Of a DNA stretch of 64,000 bases, positions 1-12,161 are shown piece by piece. Positions within the stretch are counted from its first letter, which is position 1. Each line of letters starts with the position of its first letter. Location of the stretch: positions 727,650-791,649 of the forward strand of contig JAWQFM010000016.1 of NCBI GenBank assembly GCA_033442325.1. Direction: 5' to 3'. This DNA comes from Salpingoeca rosetta. Lineage: Eukaryota; Protista; Choanoflagellata. The notes under the pieces were generated by a model. The model had not been told where the DNA came from, did not search any database, and saw only the letters and a list, made by a program, of their open reading frames with translations. Made by a program: the position numbers and the translations under genes.

Positions 1-43
1 TGCACGCACTGAAGGGATTGCCTGACACGTTCACGCAACAGCC

Positions 44-110
<67 letters not shown>

Positions 111-2311
111 GCATCTCTGAAAGAGGTGTCTGCGTCTGCTGTTGGGGCAAACGAGCGGCGTGGGATTGTCTGCATCAGCGAATAGTTGGCCGGCGCCGCC
201 CCGCTTGCACTCACAACATCAAACTGCATACGTTGGAGTGTGTGTGTGTGTGCTATGAGAGAGAGAGAGAGAGCGATCGCGTCATTGTGTGTGTGTGTGT
301 GCGTTTTGGTGTGTGATCGAATACAGGAAAGCAAAGGCAGCAGCAAGCGTTGGTGCCCCACCAGCTTCTGCAGCTTGTCGTCAGGCGAGAATGTTGCACG
401 CAGGGGCTGTGCACCCGGCAACCGCACCTGTCATCCACGACACAAGAAGGTGGCGCGTGTGTGTGTTGGAGGTGAGGACAACGAAAACAGAGGTGATGAT
501 GATGATGATGGCGAGATCGGTTTTGACGGGCAGCCGTAACGTTTAGTATTTGGAGGGGCAAGCAGGGCTCGGTCCAACGGGCGGAACCGCAAAACACAGT
601 CACATGATGTTTCACCACCCAACATGCCAAACAAAACAAAGCACAACACACAAACTAAACACACCGAACATGCAAAAACATCATAACAAGGAGGAAGGAA
701 CCAAGCAGCCACCACACCTGGATGCGACAGGACGTGGCTGTTGTCGATGGCGGCGCGGTGACTGCAGGCGTTGGGGCGACGGGAAGCGACGACGGGCGCG
801 ATTGCTGGCGCTCCGCCTCTTTTCGTGCAGCCTCACTGCTCCAGGCAGCGGTGACGACGTGATGGTGTGGGAGCGGTGAGGGGTGAGGGGATGGGAGAGA
901 GGGTTCACCACGATGAGGACATGCGGAGAGCCGGGGAGCATCAGTCTTTTCTTTGCGTGCGTGTGTACGCCGGGAGGGAGAGGGGTCTCAAACCACAAAA
1001 CGTAACTTCAGGCAGGTGGCGAGATAGGCATAACATGTGGGACCATGATCACAACAGAGATGCCACGATAGTGTGTCTGTTGCCAAGACGAGTTAAACAA
1101 CAAGCACATGGGGGGGGCTGTAAGTGCGTGGGCACACACGCACCGCTCTGCCTTGTCTTTCTCCAGCTCTGCCTTGATTCGTTCCTTTCGTCGTTTGTTC
1201 TCAAGTTTCTGCGGACCGCAAACACACGGCATGGGTTTCAGCTGAGTGACATCACGAGCACTAACACGAAAGGAGACACACCATACACGAACAAAACACG
1301 GACAAGCATGTCCGCGGGTGTGGCCATGCAAACGCGCGAGTGCACACCGACACAGACACACAGACGAACACAGACGGACATATGCACGCACGCACGCACG
1401 CACACACACACATACACCCACATACACACGGAGCCATATGGTACTGATTCGAGCGTGGGATACCTCCTTGCGTTTCTGCTCAGCAATGCGCTTCATCTCC
1501 AGCTCTTCCTGCTCCCGGCGAGCCTGCGAGAGCGTCTACATTCATGAAGAACAAGTGCGTACACGTGCAAGGAGACGGTAAGAAAGCGTGTGAGAAAGAG
1601 AACGAGAACGAGAATGCAAAGAAAGCAAAGGAAAGGAGGAAAGGGGACAGTTTGAGACTCAGACACACACACACAGAACACACACACACACACACAGATG
1701 CACAAACACAGAACACACACACACACACACACACAGATGCACAAGCACAAGCATAAGTTTGCACACGCATATGCGCAGTGTGATGCATGCCTTTGCAGAC
1801 TCCATGCGCTTCTTCTGTTGTTCCAGCTGACGCTTCTCTTCCTCCTGGTGTCGCTGGATGCGGCGTTGGTTGATCTTCTCTTGCAGCTTCCTTGCCTGCT
1901 CCTGCTTCTCTTCCTCTGTTAGCGCCTTCTTTGGAGCTGGCGCCTCTCCCTCTGCATTCTGCTGTGATTGTTCTGGCTGCTGTTGTCCCTGCTGCTGAGC
2001 GCTCTGCTGTTCAGCCGTGGCATCGCCAGTGCTGCCTGCAGACGTTTGCTGTTGCCCACCAGAGCCAGAGCCGAGCGTGAATCCACCGCTCTGGGCCATC
2101 GGTGCAGGGTTGCTGAAAATCCAGTTGACAGCAGCATCCAAACCTTGCCCTTGTGTCTCTGCAAGTGCCCGTTCCCTACACACGGGCGAGCGTGTATGTG
2201 TGTGTGTGCATGTGTGTGAGTTGTGTGTGTGTGTGTGTGAGTGTGTGTGGGGGGGGCGGCGGCGGGTTGGGGTTTCTAAGAACGCCATCTGCATGGGTGA
2301 GACAGAGGCAC

Positions 2312-2378
<67 letters not shown>

Positions 2379-2646
2379 CACACACAGACACACACACACA
2401 CACACAGACACACACACACAAACGTATGGAGCTATTGCGAGTGCAGGCATCAATGACCACTGCACATCGAGCAATCTCACGCACACATAAACACAACTCG
2501 CTCACTCAGTCACTCACACAACCCTACAACACTCGTTCACACGCACACATGCACACATGCACACACACACACTCACACTCGCACACTCACACGCACGCCA
2601 TGGCTTTGTCGAAGCCCATCTGCATCAACGTCTGTATGTCGTCCAT
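1..2646 (-). CDS. UBXN1: UBA-UBX domain protein (UBXN1/SAKS1-like p97 cofactor), multi-exon, 3' end at or beyond window start
   Basis: Spliced N-terminal UBA (MDDIQTLMQMGFDKAMA|ERALAETQGQGLDAAVNWIF), charged coiled coil (ALTEEEKQEQARKLQEKINQRRIQR...RRKERIKAELEKDKAER), then UBX domain (CRIQVRLPGAQPLRATF...YSLMQTIPRRSF). GT-AG exons near 2646-2597, 2174-1791, 1540-1460, 1205-1144, 841-718, 427-364, ~210-109. Confidence 0.85.
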
Positions 2647-2960
2647 GTTGTTGCGGTTGGTGTTGCTGCTGTGCTCCTGTCCTCTCTCGCTTTCACTCGG
2701 GTTCTTGGCGATGTGTGCAAGATATGGCAAATTGTCGTCCTGTGGGTTTGTTTCGTCTTGCGTTCCACAACTGCCAGCACACGTGTGCCCGGCTTTGGCT
2801 TTTTCTCCGCCGCGCACTGTTCTGCAACAACACACGCACGCACACGCTTGCTTGCTTGCTTTTCACCTCACCCCACATCATCGCGTCCACGCGCCACACT
2901 GCCGAAGCGTTCACACCCGGTCGTATCATAAGCAACTGCCGTTAACTTGTCAATCCAAGC

Positions 2961-4526
2961 ATGGGCGACTTCAACAACGTACCGCCACCCTCTGACGGGT
3001 CCGGTGGGAACACGCAGAACGACTTTCTGTCGGCGCTCGCCACTGTGAAAGCGGTGCGTTCGCACGTTCGCGCCACGTGGTGATGGTGATGGTGATGGTG
3101 GTGATGGTGGTTGTGGCGGTGTTTGGCGCCACCCACCCATCTTGCGTGTGTCATGGGTTTGTGTGTCTGCGTGAGTGCCTGCGTTGTCCCCGATTTGCGT
3201 TGCTTGTTGTATCGCTGAACCCTCACAAATGGACAACCTGTGTCGTTGGCGCGGTGTGTTGTGTTGCGTTGCATCGCCTTGATGCCTTCTTGCAGCTTGC
3301 TGCGCGCGCCCAACAAAGTAAGCTTTTTGCATGCATGTGTATGTATGTATGTGTGTGTGTATGTATGTATGTATGAATGAATGGATGTATGTATGCATGT
3401 ATGTTTTGGCATTACAGCGCCTTTCTTCCTTCCCTCCTCTTCCTCCCTTCCTCGTCTTTTCACTCCTTCCTTCCTTCCTTCCTTCCTTCCTTCCTTCCTT
3501 TCTTCCTTTCTTTCTTTCTTTCTTTTCCGTGTCTAACCCCCCTCCCCACACCCCTACTCGTACCACCCCGCACCCGCTCACATCTCCATCTGGCACGAAC
3601 CTTCGCGTCAACAGCCCAACCACAGCAGCCGCTGCCACCACAACACATGTTCCCGCCAATGGGGATGCCGCCACCCATGATGCACCAGCAGCGACCGCCC
3701 ATGCCACAGCAGCAGCAGCAGCAGCAGCGGCCTCCCATGCCCAACCAGCCACCCGGCCCGGCCGGTGGGATGCCGCTGGTGAAGCGCGGACCCGAGGAGC
3801 CCGAAGGCGCGCCCGGTGCGTGCTGTGTGGCCTTGGAAAGCTCATGTTGACTGGCACATGCATGCATGTGTATGTGCATCTGTATGGATGCCTGTAGGCT
3901 GCCGTCTTGCCTTTCTGCACACATGCTGCACGTGGTCGACACGTGTGCCTATTTCATGTTCCCTATTGCTCACCCTTTTGCTCTTCTTCTTGTTCTTCTT
4001 CCCCTTTTTGATTGCTACTTCCTGTTCTTCTGCTTGTTCTTATTCTTCCGTGACCATTGCTTGTCTCCCTCCTTCTCTAAATGGACCAACACATTTTGCA
4101 GATAGGAAACGCGCACCGAGCTCCTCAACGCCGCCACCCATCCCCGGTGTCGGCCCGAACACTTCCCAGGCACCCCCACTTCTTTCGCAGCCTGGCCAGC
4201 CCAACCAAGCCATGCAGCCGCCTCCCTCGGGGCCAGGGCAGCAGCAGCCACCCCAGATGATGGCGCCCGTGCCCGGCATGCCCCCGCCGATGCGCCCTCC
4301 TCCCCCAGGCCAGGAGCCACACCAGCAACAACAGTCCCAGCAGGGCGAACTCGGGTGCGTGAGACGTGTGTACTGCGCAAAAACAATTGTGTCATCATGT
4401 CGTTTGCAGATGTACCGCGCGCGTGTGGGTGTGGGTGTTGCGCGCATACTAGATGATGGCATGCCATTCATCTCTTCGATTGCAGCCACCCCCTCCCTCA
4501 CTGACCTGCGCACATGCTGCCTGTCA

Positions 4527-4622
<96 letters not shown>

Positions 4623-7241
4623 GTGACCTGTGGCATGTGGCATGTGCTCCACAACAGGCCTGATGAGGAGGTTGACAACATGCCGATTCCGTCTGAGAAG
4701 GTCGGGATGGTGATTGGCAAGGGCGGCGAGACGATCAACCGGCTGCAGGAGCAGAGCGGGGCCAGGTTACAAGTGATCCAGGACGACCCGTTTGCGCAGG
4801 AGAAGCCGCTACGCATGACGGGTCGACGCGACGCCATTGAGCGCGCAAAGCAGCTTGTCAAGGACCTCATTGACCCAGAGCCGGAGCATGACCCCATGTA
4901 CCCGTCCACCATGGGCCTCAGCAGTGGTGACATTGTCAACAACCTTAGCGCGTACAGATCAAAGAAAGTCGAGGTGAGCCCCTCATGCACGTTTGCGCGC
5001 CCCATCCTGGCAGGCGTGCCATCAACGTGTGCATCTTTGTCTTTGCATGCTCGTTCGGTGTGCCCCTCTCCCCCACCGAACTCCCTTCACCGTTCTTACG
5101 CTCACATGGCCCATTTCCTCACACCTTGCCTCCCCCCCCCCCGCCTCCGTTCCTTTTCCTTTCTCATGTGTGTCGTGTGCGTCGTTGTTCATGCCGCAGA
5201 TCAAAGTGCCGCGCGTCGCTGTTGGGCGGGTCATTGGGCGAGGAGGCGACTCCATCAAGCGGATTCAAGCAGAGTCGGGCGCCCGTGTCCAGTTTGAGCC
5301 AGGTGAGTTTAGTGCAGATGCGCTCTTATCCGTGGCATTATTGTTGGCATCTCTCGATCGGCTCTTGCTTCTCCCTCGCGCCCGTGTCCCCCACGTCTGT
5401 GGTCTGCTTTTTGCCGCGTGCTTCTGGCAGCCTGGCCACAAGGCATTGCTGCACGTGTCGCTTTCCCCATTCCACTCTCCCCACCAGTTGTATCGCACGT
5501 CTCTGGTGTCTTGACACCCCCTCCCCCAGCCTCTTTGCCTTGATTGATTGCATTTTACGCTGTGATTGGTTTTTTTTTTCCTTTTCGGTCGACATCGCCT
5601 TCCTTCCTGGCTTGCGCTGTGTCTGTGTGACCCACTGTCCTCAATTCCCCCCCCCTCCTTCGTTTTGAAATGCTCGCACCACGCTGCCCGGTTTTGCATC
5701 CTTGCATATCGGGCACGCGCCACGTATTTGGGGTTTTCCACACATGGCCGCTCTGCTCCATTTTGGACTAGTCGCGTGCTTGTGGTTTCACCCTGCACGG
5801 CACTGCACGGCAGTGGCCACGCTTGTTGGCGCTGCTGTTGCTGTTGTTGTTGGACCGTCGTGGCGTGCTCACGTTGGTGCGAGCAGAGATCAAATCCTAC
5901 AGTTTGGGCTTAAGTAGCGCTTCTGTCGGCCCGCAGCCTTGCCTTGTGCATGTGCTGCCATGGCGTTTTGCCGTGTTGCCACTTTTTCCCGTGACAGAAG
6001 CGTCAGTCAGCCTTGCTACACTCCTCTGCCTCTTTGTCTCTCCATCCATCTGTTCTTTCGTTTTTGTCTCTTGTGTATGTTCGGGCTGCGGCCTCTCCGC
6101 TGTGCGTGGGTGGGAGGTTTGCTTCCCGTCAACCCACTACGCGGTTTTGCGTGCTGTTCTCATCACCACGACGTACATCTGCTTGCTGTGCTATGTGTAT
6201 CATTTTTGCAGAGACGAACCAGGACTTCCGCATTGCCACCATCACCGGCACCATGCCTGTAATTGAGGCGGCAGAGAAGATGATCATGGACATTATCCAA
6301 GACGTGCGTTCACACGCTTTGCTCTCTGATGTGGCGTGTGCAAGCGAGAGTGTATGAAGAAAGAGGGATCCTTGCATTGTGTGTGTATGACGGAGATGGG
6401 TTCTCCCTTGTTGTGTTTCGTGGGTGCGTGTGTGCTGTATGGCATGGCTCGAGCGCATGTGCTACTTGCGGCCTTTTTTGTTTTGTTTTGTTCATGTTGT
6501 CCGTTGTGTGGTGCTGCTTGTTGATTGTAGGCTGAGGTGAGCACAAGCAGTGCACGCCCACGGGATGACCGTCCAAGAGAGCCCATGCCAGTTCCCCAGG
6601 AGCGCGCTGGCCTCATCATCGGCAGAGGTAAACATGATGTTCTATCTCCTGCCTTGTCAACTTGTTTGCTCGTTCGCTTTTGTTCGGTGTCTCGTTGCGC
6701 AAATGCACACGCGCGTTGCTTTTTCTCTTGCTTTTCTTGTTGCCGCGGAGTGCCCGTCCAGCTTCTCATGTGTTTGTCGGCTCCACGTCTTGGCATTTAC
6801 CCACGACATTTCGCAGGCGGAGAATCCATCCGCATGATCATGCAGCAGTCTGGTGCGCATGTGGAGCTTGATCGAGCGCAGCCAGCCGTCAATGGTGACA
6901 AGACGTTTTGGATCTCGGGCGACCCGGAACAGATTGCCACCGCGAAACGGCTCATTCAGGAGAAGCTGGATGCCCATCGCCGGCCTCCGCCACGGGCAAT
7001 GCAAAGGTGACCGAAAGCCCCCCCCCCTCCAACAGCCACGAACACGGGCTGTTTGCTGCGTCTTTGTCTGGTCTGCCCTTCCCCAACTCACACACCACAC
7101 CACCAATCACGCTCTGCACACACACAGCGGCCCGCCCGGCGGCATGCGGCCACCTCAGCCGGGTGGATTCCCTCCACAGCAACAGCAGCAACAGCAGCCA
7201 TCCTTCGGCGGCGGCTTTCCTGTACGTAATTTTTCCCCGCA

Positions 7242-7303
<62 letters not shown>

Positions 7304-8322
7304 ACCTGTTTGTTTGGCTCTGTGTCCGAAATGCCGTCCGCTTCGCCTTGCGATTCTCACTGCTGTCTGTGGTGTTTTCTTGGTGATGACGCGTGTAGGG
7401 CCATGGCCAACCACCGCCCCCTGGGCAACAGCAGCAGCAGCAGCAGCAGCCCGGGCAGTATGGTGGCTATTATGGTCAGCAGCCGCCCAACAACTTCTAC
7501 TCGTACCCGTACGGTTATCAGAACCAGCCTCCACCTCCAACACAACCGCCACCACCGCCAGGGCAGCAGCCACCACCGCCAGCCTCGACTGCTGGTGCAA
7601 CCCACCATCAGCAACCGCCACCGCCGACGTCGAAGCCTCCCGCGACCTCGGAGCCGCAGCAGCAGCAACAGCAGCAGGCTGTCCCTCCCGGCTATCCTAC
7701 TCACGAGCAATGTAAGTGCTTGCTTGGTATGAGCGGCACCTGGGGGGGGGGGGGGGGGTTAGTGCTGTCGGTTGGTGTCAATGTCACCAACGCACCTAAC
7801 GTTGTTGTTGTTGTTGTTTGTTTGTTGTTGCTGTTGTTGCTGTTGTTGTTTGTTTGTTGTTTGTTGTTTGTTGTTTGTTGTTGTTCCTGCTCCTGCTCCT
7901 GCTAATCGTTTTTTTTTCGCTGCTGATTGCTTCTGATGGTTGCTTTGTGTTTCATCAACCAGATCTGCAATACAAGGAGTGGTACAATGCACAGGTACGA
8001 CAATGCATGCACTCATTTGTCTGAAAGAGCGTGCGCCAGTGCTTGCTTTGCCCTTGTTTGTTCCCTGCACATGCCTTTCATGTCAGCATCTGCTCACCGT
8101 GTGGCTTGCGCTTGGGTTGGCAGGGCTACTTTGGATATCCCCCCGCTCAAGGCCAAGGCGCACCAGCGCAGTCCTGATTCAAGACCCTGGTTGTTGGTGG
8201 TGTATTGCGTGCTGTTTGTTCCTCAAGTCATTTAACTTTGTCCCTCCCGTCTTCCGTTTCGCTTGTTTATGATTGTCATTCTCTGTCTTGATACAACGCA
8301 GCGAGTAGAGCGACTTCGCTAA
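2961..8322 (+). CDS. Far-upstream element binding protein/KHSRP-like KH-domain RNA-binding protein (3 KH domains)
   Basis: N-terminal helix (DFLSALATVKA|LAARAQ). Three KH motifs: IPSEKVGMVIGKGGETINRLQEQSGA (~4680-4870), VPRVAVGRVIGRGGDSIKRIQAESGA (5200-5302 + ~6212-6300), VPQERAGLIIGR|GGESIRMIMQQSGA (6586-6628 + 6817-6970). P/Q/Y-rich tail and QYLQYKEWYNAQ motif. Putative last exon RVERLR* (8302-8322). Confidence 0.85.
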
Positions 8323-8878
8323 GTTTCGTTCGTTCACGATCCCCCCCCCCTTCTTCCTTCTCTTGCTTCTTTCTCCCCAGCTTCTTTGCTTTGCCCGCTT
8401 GTTGATCAACTTCCCAATTGTTTCAATTGCCTTGACTTCTTGAAAGTGCCCGCTTCCGGGTTGGCGCCGTTATTGTCTGCGTGCGCATTGTGCGCCATTC
8501 CTTGCCCCATCACCCTTGCCTTCCTTGCCCCGTCATGTGGTCTGTTTCCTTTGCTTGCTCCCTGATGCCTTGTCTTGCGTAACTTGACCTCGTTTTCTTG
8601 TGCTTCGCTGTTATTCATGCCCAAAACAGGTGCGCCCTTTTGCGACGCATTCTAAGCACGCCCTTGCTCTTCGTAGCTGAATGTTGTGTACCTCCCTTGT
8701 CGGTGGCGTACTTCTTCTGCTTGCATTCGTGCTTGCATTCGTGCTTGCATGTATGTCCTGTGCTTGTGCCGTGGGTGTGTGGCCAGTGCGTCGACACAAC
8801 ACTACACGGTTTTTGTCTGAAGTTGTAAACAGTGCGCTGTGTTAGGGAGTGAAAGAAAGCGAGAGAGAGAGAGAGAGA

Positions 8879-8929
<51 letters not shown>

Positions 8930-8966
8930 TGTCTGTCTGTGTGTGTGTGTGTGTCTGTGTCTGTGT

Positions 8967-9003
<37 letters not shown>

Positions 9004-9072
9004 ACAACTATGCTTATGTCCTTTTTAAAAGAAAGAATATACGTTCAACATTTTTTTTGACGGAATCATCCG

Positions 9073-9485
9073 ATGTCTGTGGCTCGTTCTGTATTGGTGT
9101 GAAAGTAAACCGGGGAACAAAAGAACTGAACAAGGCACAGACAATCGTGTGCCATAAGCAACAACACAGTGCAGAGCAAAACACACGTGCCGGTAGGCAA
9201 CAAGAGGGGTTCTTGTTGTTAAGGAAGGGTGAAAACAAAAGATCAGGACAACAGACGTAACACAGCATGCAGGCATTCCGCTGCAGTGACTGTGACGGGA
9301 CTGTGGTCGAGGTGTGTCGGTGGCTTGTTCTGTGTACTGATGTGAAGTAAACCAGGGAACAAAAGAACTGAACAAGGGTGCAGGGCAACACACACGTACT
9401 AGCAGGCAACAAGAGGGGTGCTTGTGGTTAAGCCAGGGGGAAAACAAGAGACAAGAGTACAGACGCAACTCAACATGCAGGCATG
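9073..9485. repeat. Diverged direct tandem repeat, 2 copies of ~180-240 bp
   Basis: aagtaaaccggggaacaaaagaactgaacaagg...ggcaacaagagggg...catgcaggcat occurs at ~9103-9277 and again at ~9346-9485 with substitutions and indels. Confidence 0.8.
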
Positions 9486-9758
9486 TGTCGTGTCGTCATC
9501 TTGGTTGATGACGGCACCGTGCCGAGTGCTCGGGATCGCTGCCGAGAGGCAAGCGGTTCCGAGGCACTGGACACGGCGTGGCACGACCCATGCAAACGCT
9601 ACCATACGACACTCTCGAATTAAGCATGACGTCAATCAGACTAAACATGACAACAGAATGTTAGGAGAACAAAGAACATGCAAGGCAGTACGGTGCCGCG
9701 AAGGGCAAGGATGGGAAAACAATGGGACACAGCGGGGCAAGGTGCAGGGAACGGGGAG

Positions 9759-10037
<279 letters not shown>

Positions 10038-10264
10038 GAGGCAGGCGAGCGACGTTACACTTCAGGCCAACAGAATTTTGCATTCACTTCAACCATACGC
10101 GAAACACACACACACACACTCACTCACACACACACACACGCACACACACACACACCTACTCACACACACACACACACTCACTCACTCACTCAATCTCACA
10201 CACCTACACACACTCACACATCTTCAAACCAATTATAGGATCAAAGCCTATTTTTGTGACATCA

Positions 10265-11627
10265 ATGATGACTGACGCATCGCCGTTGGACATCGCGGGC
10301 ACGACCCTTGGTTCCGTGCTGAACCAGAAACGGTATGCGTGCACACACGTGTCGCTCGCTGTCTATCTGTGTTTATTTGGACAGTGGATGCGTGCGCGTG
10401 GTGTGTGAATGTGCGTGCGTGTGCTCGGGTTTGTGTATGTACGTTTGCATACGTTTGCAACACGTGTACACTCACTCACTCACACACACACACACAACAC
10501 ACACACACACACACACACTCACTCACTCATTCACTCACTCACTCACACACACACACATGCACACACACACTCACGTAATCACTCACTCACTGACTCACTC
10601 ACTCACTCACTCACTCACACACTCACACACTCACACACACATACACACACGCACATACACACACACTCACACACTCACTCGCTCACTCACTCACTCACTC
10701 ACATACGCGCGCATGTGTTTGCAGGTTCGACAAGGTGAAGGAAAGCCTCACTGGGCTGTCGCACACTGCCTTGTTCAAGAAGCTGGCTCAAGCTGCTCAA
10801 GACATCTTTGTGGAGGAAGAGGTTCGACAAAAGTACCCTGCTGAGCGGCATGCGCAGCTTATCCAGGCTGTGCGGGAGACGAAAGTGGAATCCTGTGGTT
10901 CTGCCTTATCGCCACAGTTTCGAGAGATGTACACGCTTCGCAGCGCGCAGCAGGACTTGTTGCGCGACTTTGTATTGCTTTCCTTGGAATACACAAAGCT
11001 GTGCGGTTTCTCAGGTGCGTGTGCGTGTGCGTGTGCGCGAATGTGTATGGTGTGTGTATGCGCAAGTGTGTAGGTGTGCATGTTTTAGTGCACGCGTGCG
11101 TACGTGCCTGTTTGCCGTACGCATCTGCATTGTTCATGTGGCGCCGAGGCCGGCTCTTTGGTGTGTTTCACTGCAGCTCCTCTGCTGACACTTGACTTGT
11201 CTTGCCTCTGCCTACTGCGTGAAGACTTTGAAAAGGTCTTGCTCAAGCACTGCATGATGATTGCACACTACTACGACAGGTGAGTGCGTGTGGTTTGCGC
11301 TGTGCATCTGTATTTTCGTGCGTGCGTGTCTACTTGTGGTCGCCTGTGCATTTGCGCGTGCGTGCGTCTGTCCACATGCTTCATCCGTCCTTGTTGTGGT
11401 TCCGACGTCACCCGTTTGCCTGTGTGGCTTGTAGGCTCTTCTTGGCGTGGTCTGACATCATGCAGCACCCAGACTTTGTGGAACAAGTCCGCCTCATGAA
11501 ACCGACAGGTGCGAGCGCGCACATGCCGCCGTCTGTCGGTGATGTCTTTCTTCTTCACTTGCTGCGTTTCGATTTCGGTGATTGCCAATGCGCCCTCGCT
11601 TGAATGAAACACACACACACACTCTCT

Positions 11628-11667
<40 letters not shown>

Positions 11668-12129
11668 CTCTCTCTCTCTCTCTCCCACGCACACACTATC
11701 TCTCACTCACACACTCTCTCACACACACACACACTCACACTCACACACACACACACTTGTTTGCTTGCACACAAGCAGCCCAGGAGTGTTTCAACCCGTA
11801 TACTATTGTGAGCTACAACAGGGAAGCAGGAACGTATGCCACGACCACATACGCTGCCGCTTTTCCCTCGCTCGTCAGCGCAATCGTCGAGGAAATGACA
11901 AATCTGTGTGCAGAACTCAATGTACGTGTGCATGTGCTCACGCTTGCACAAGCGGCGTCTGCAGGGCGTCCGCTTATTGGGAGCGTTGCATCTTTGACTG
12001 CTGCCGCGACTCAAGAACATCAATCAACTGGGATAGCATCATCCTTGCCAAACACTCCTTACATGTCCTCCTGCCCACACACACACACACACACACACCA
12101 CACACCACACACACACACACACACGCACG

Positions 12130-12161
<32 letters not shown>

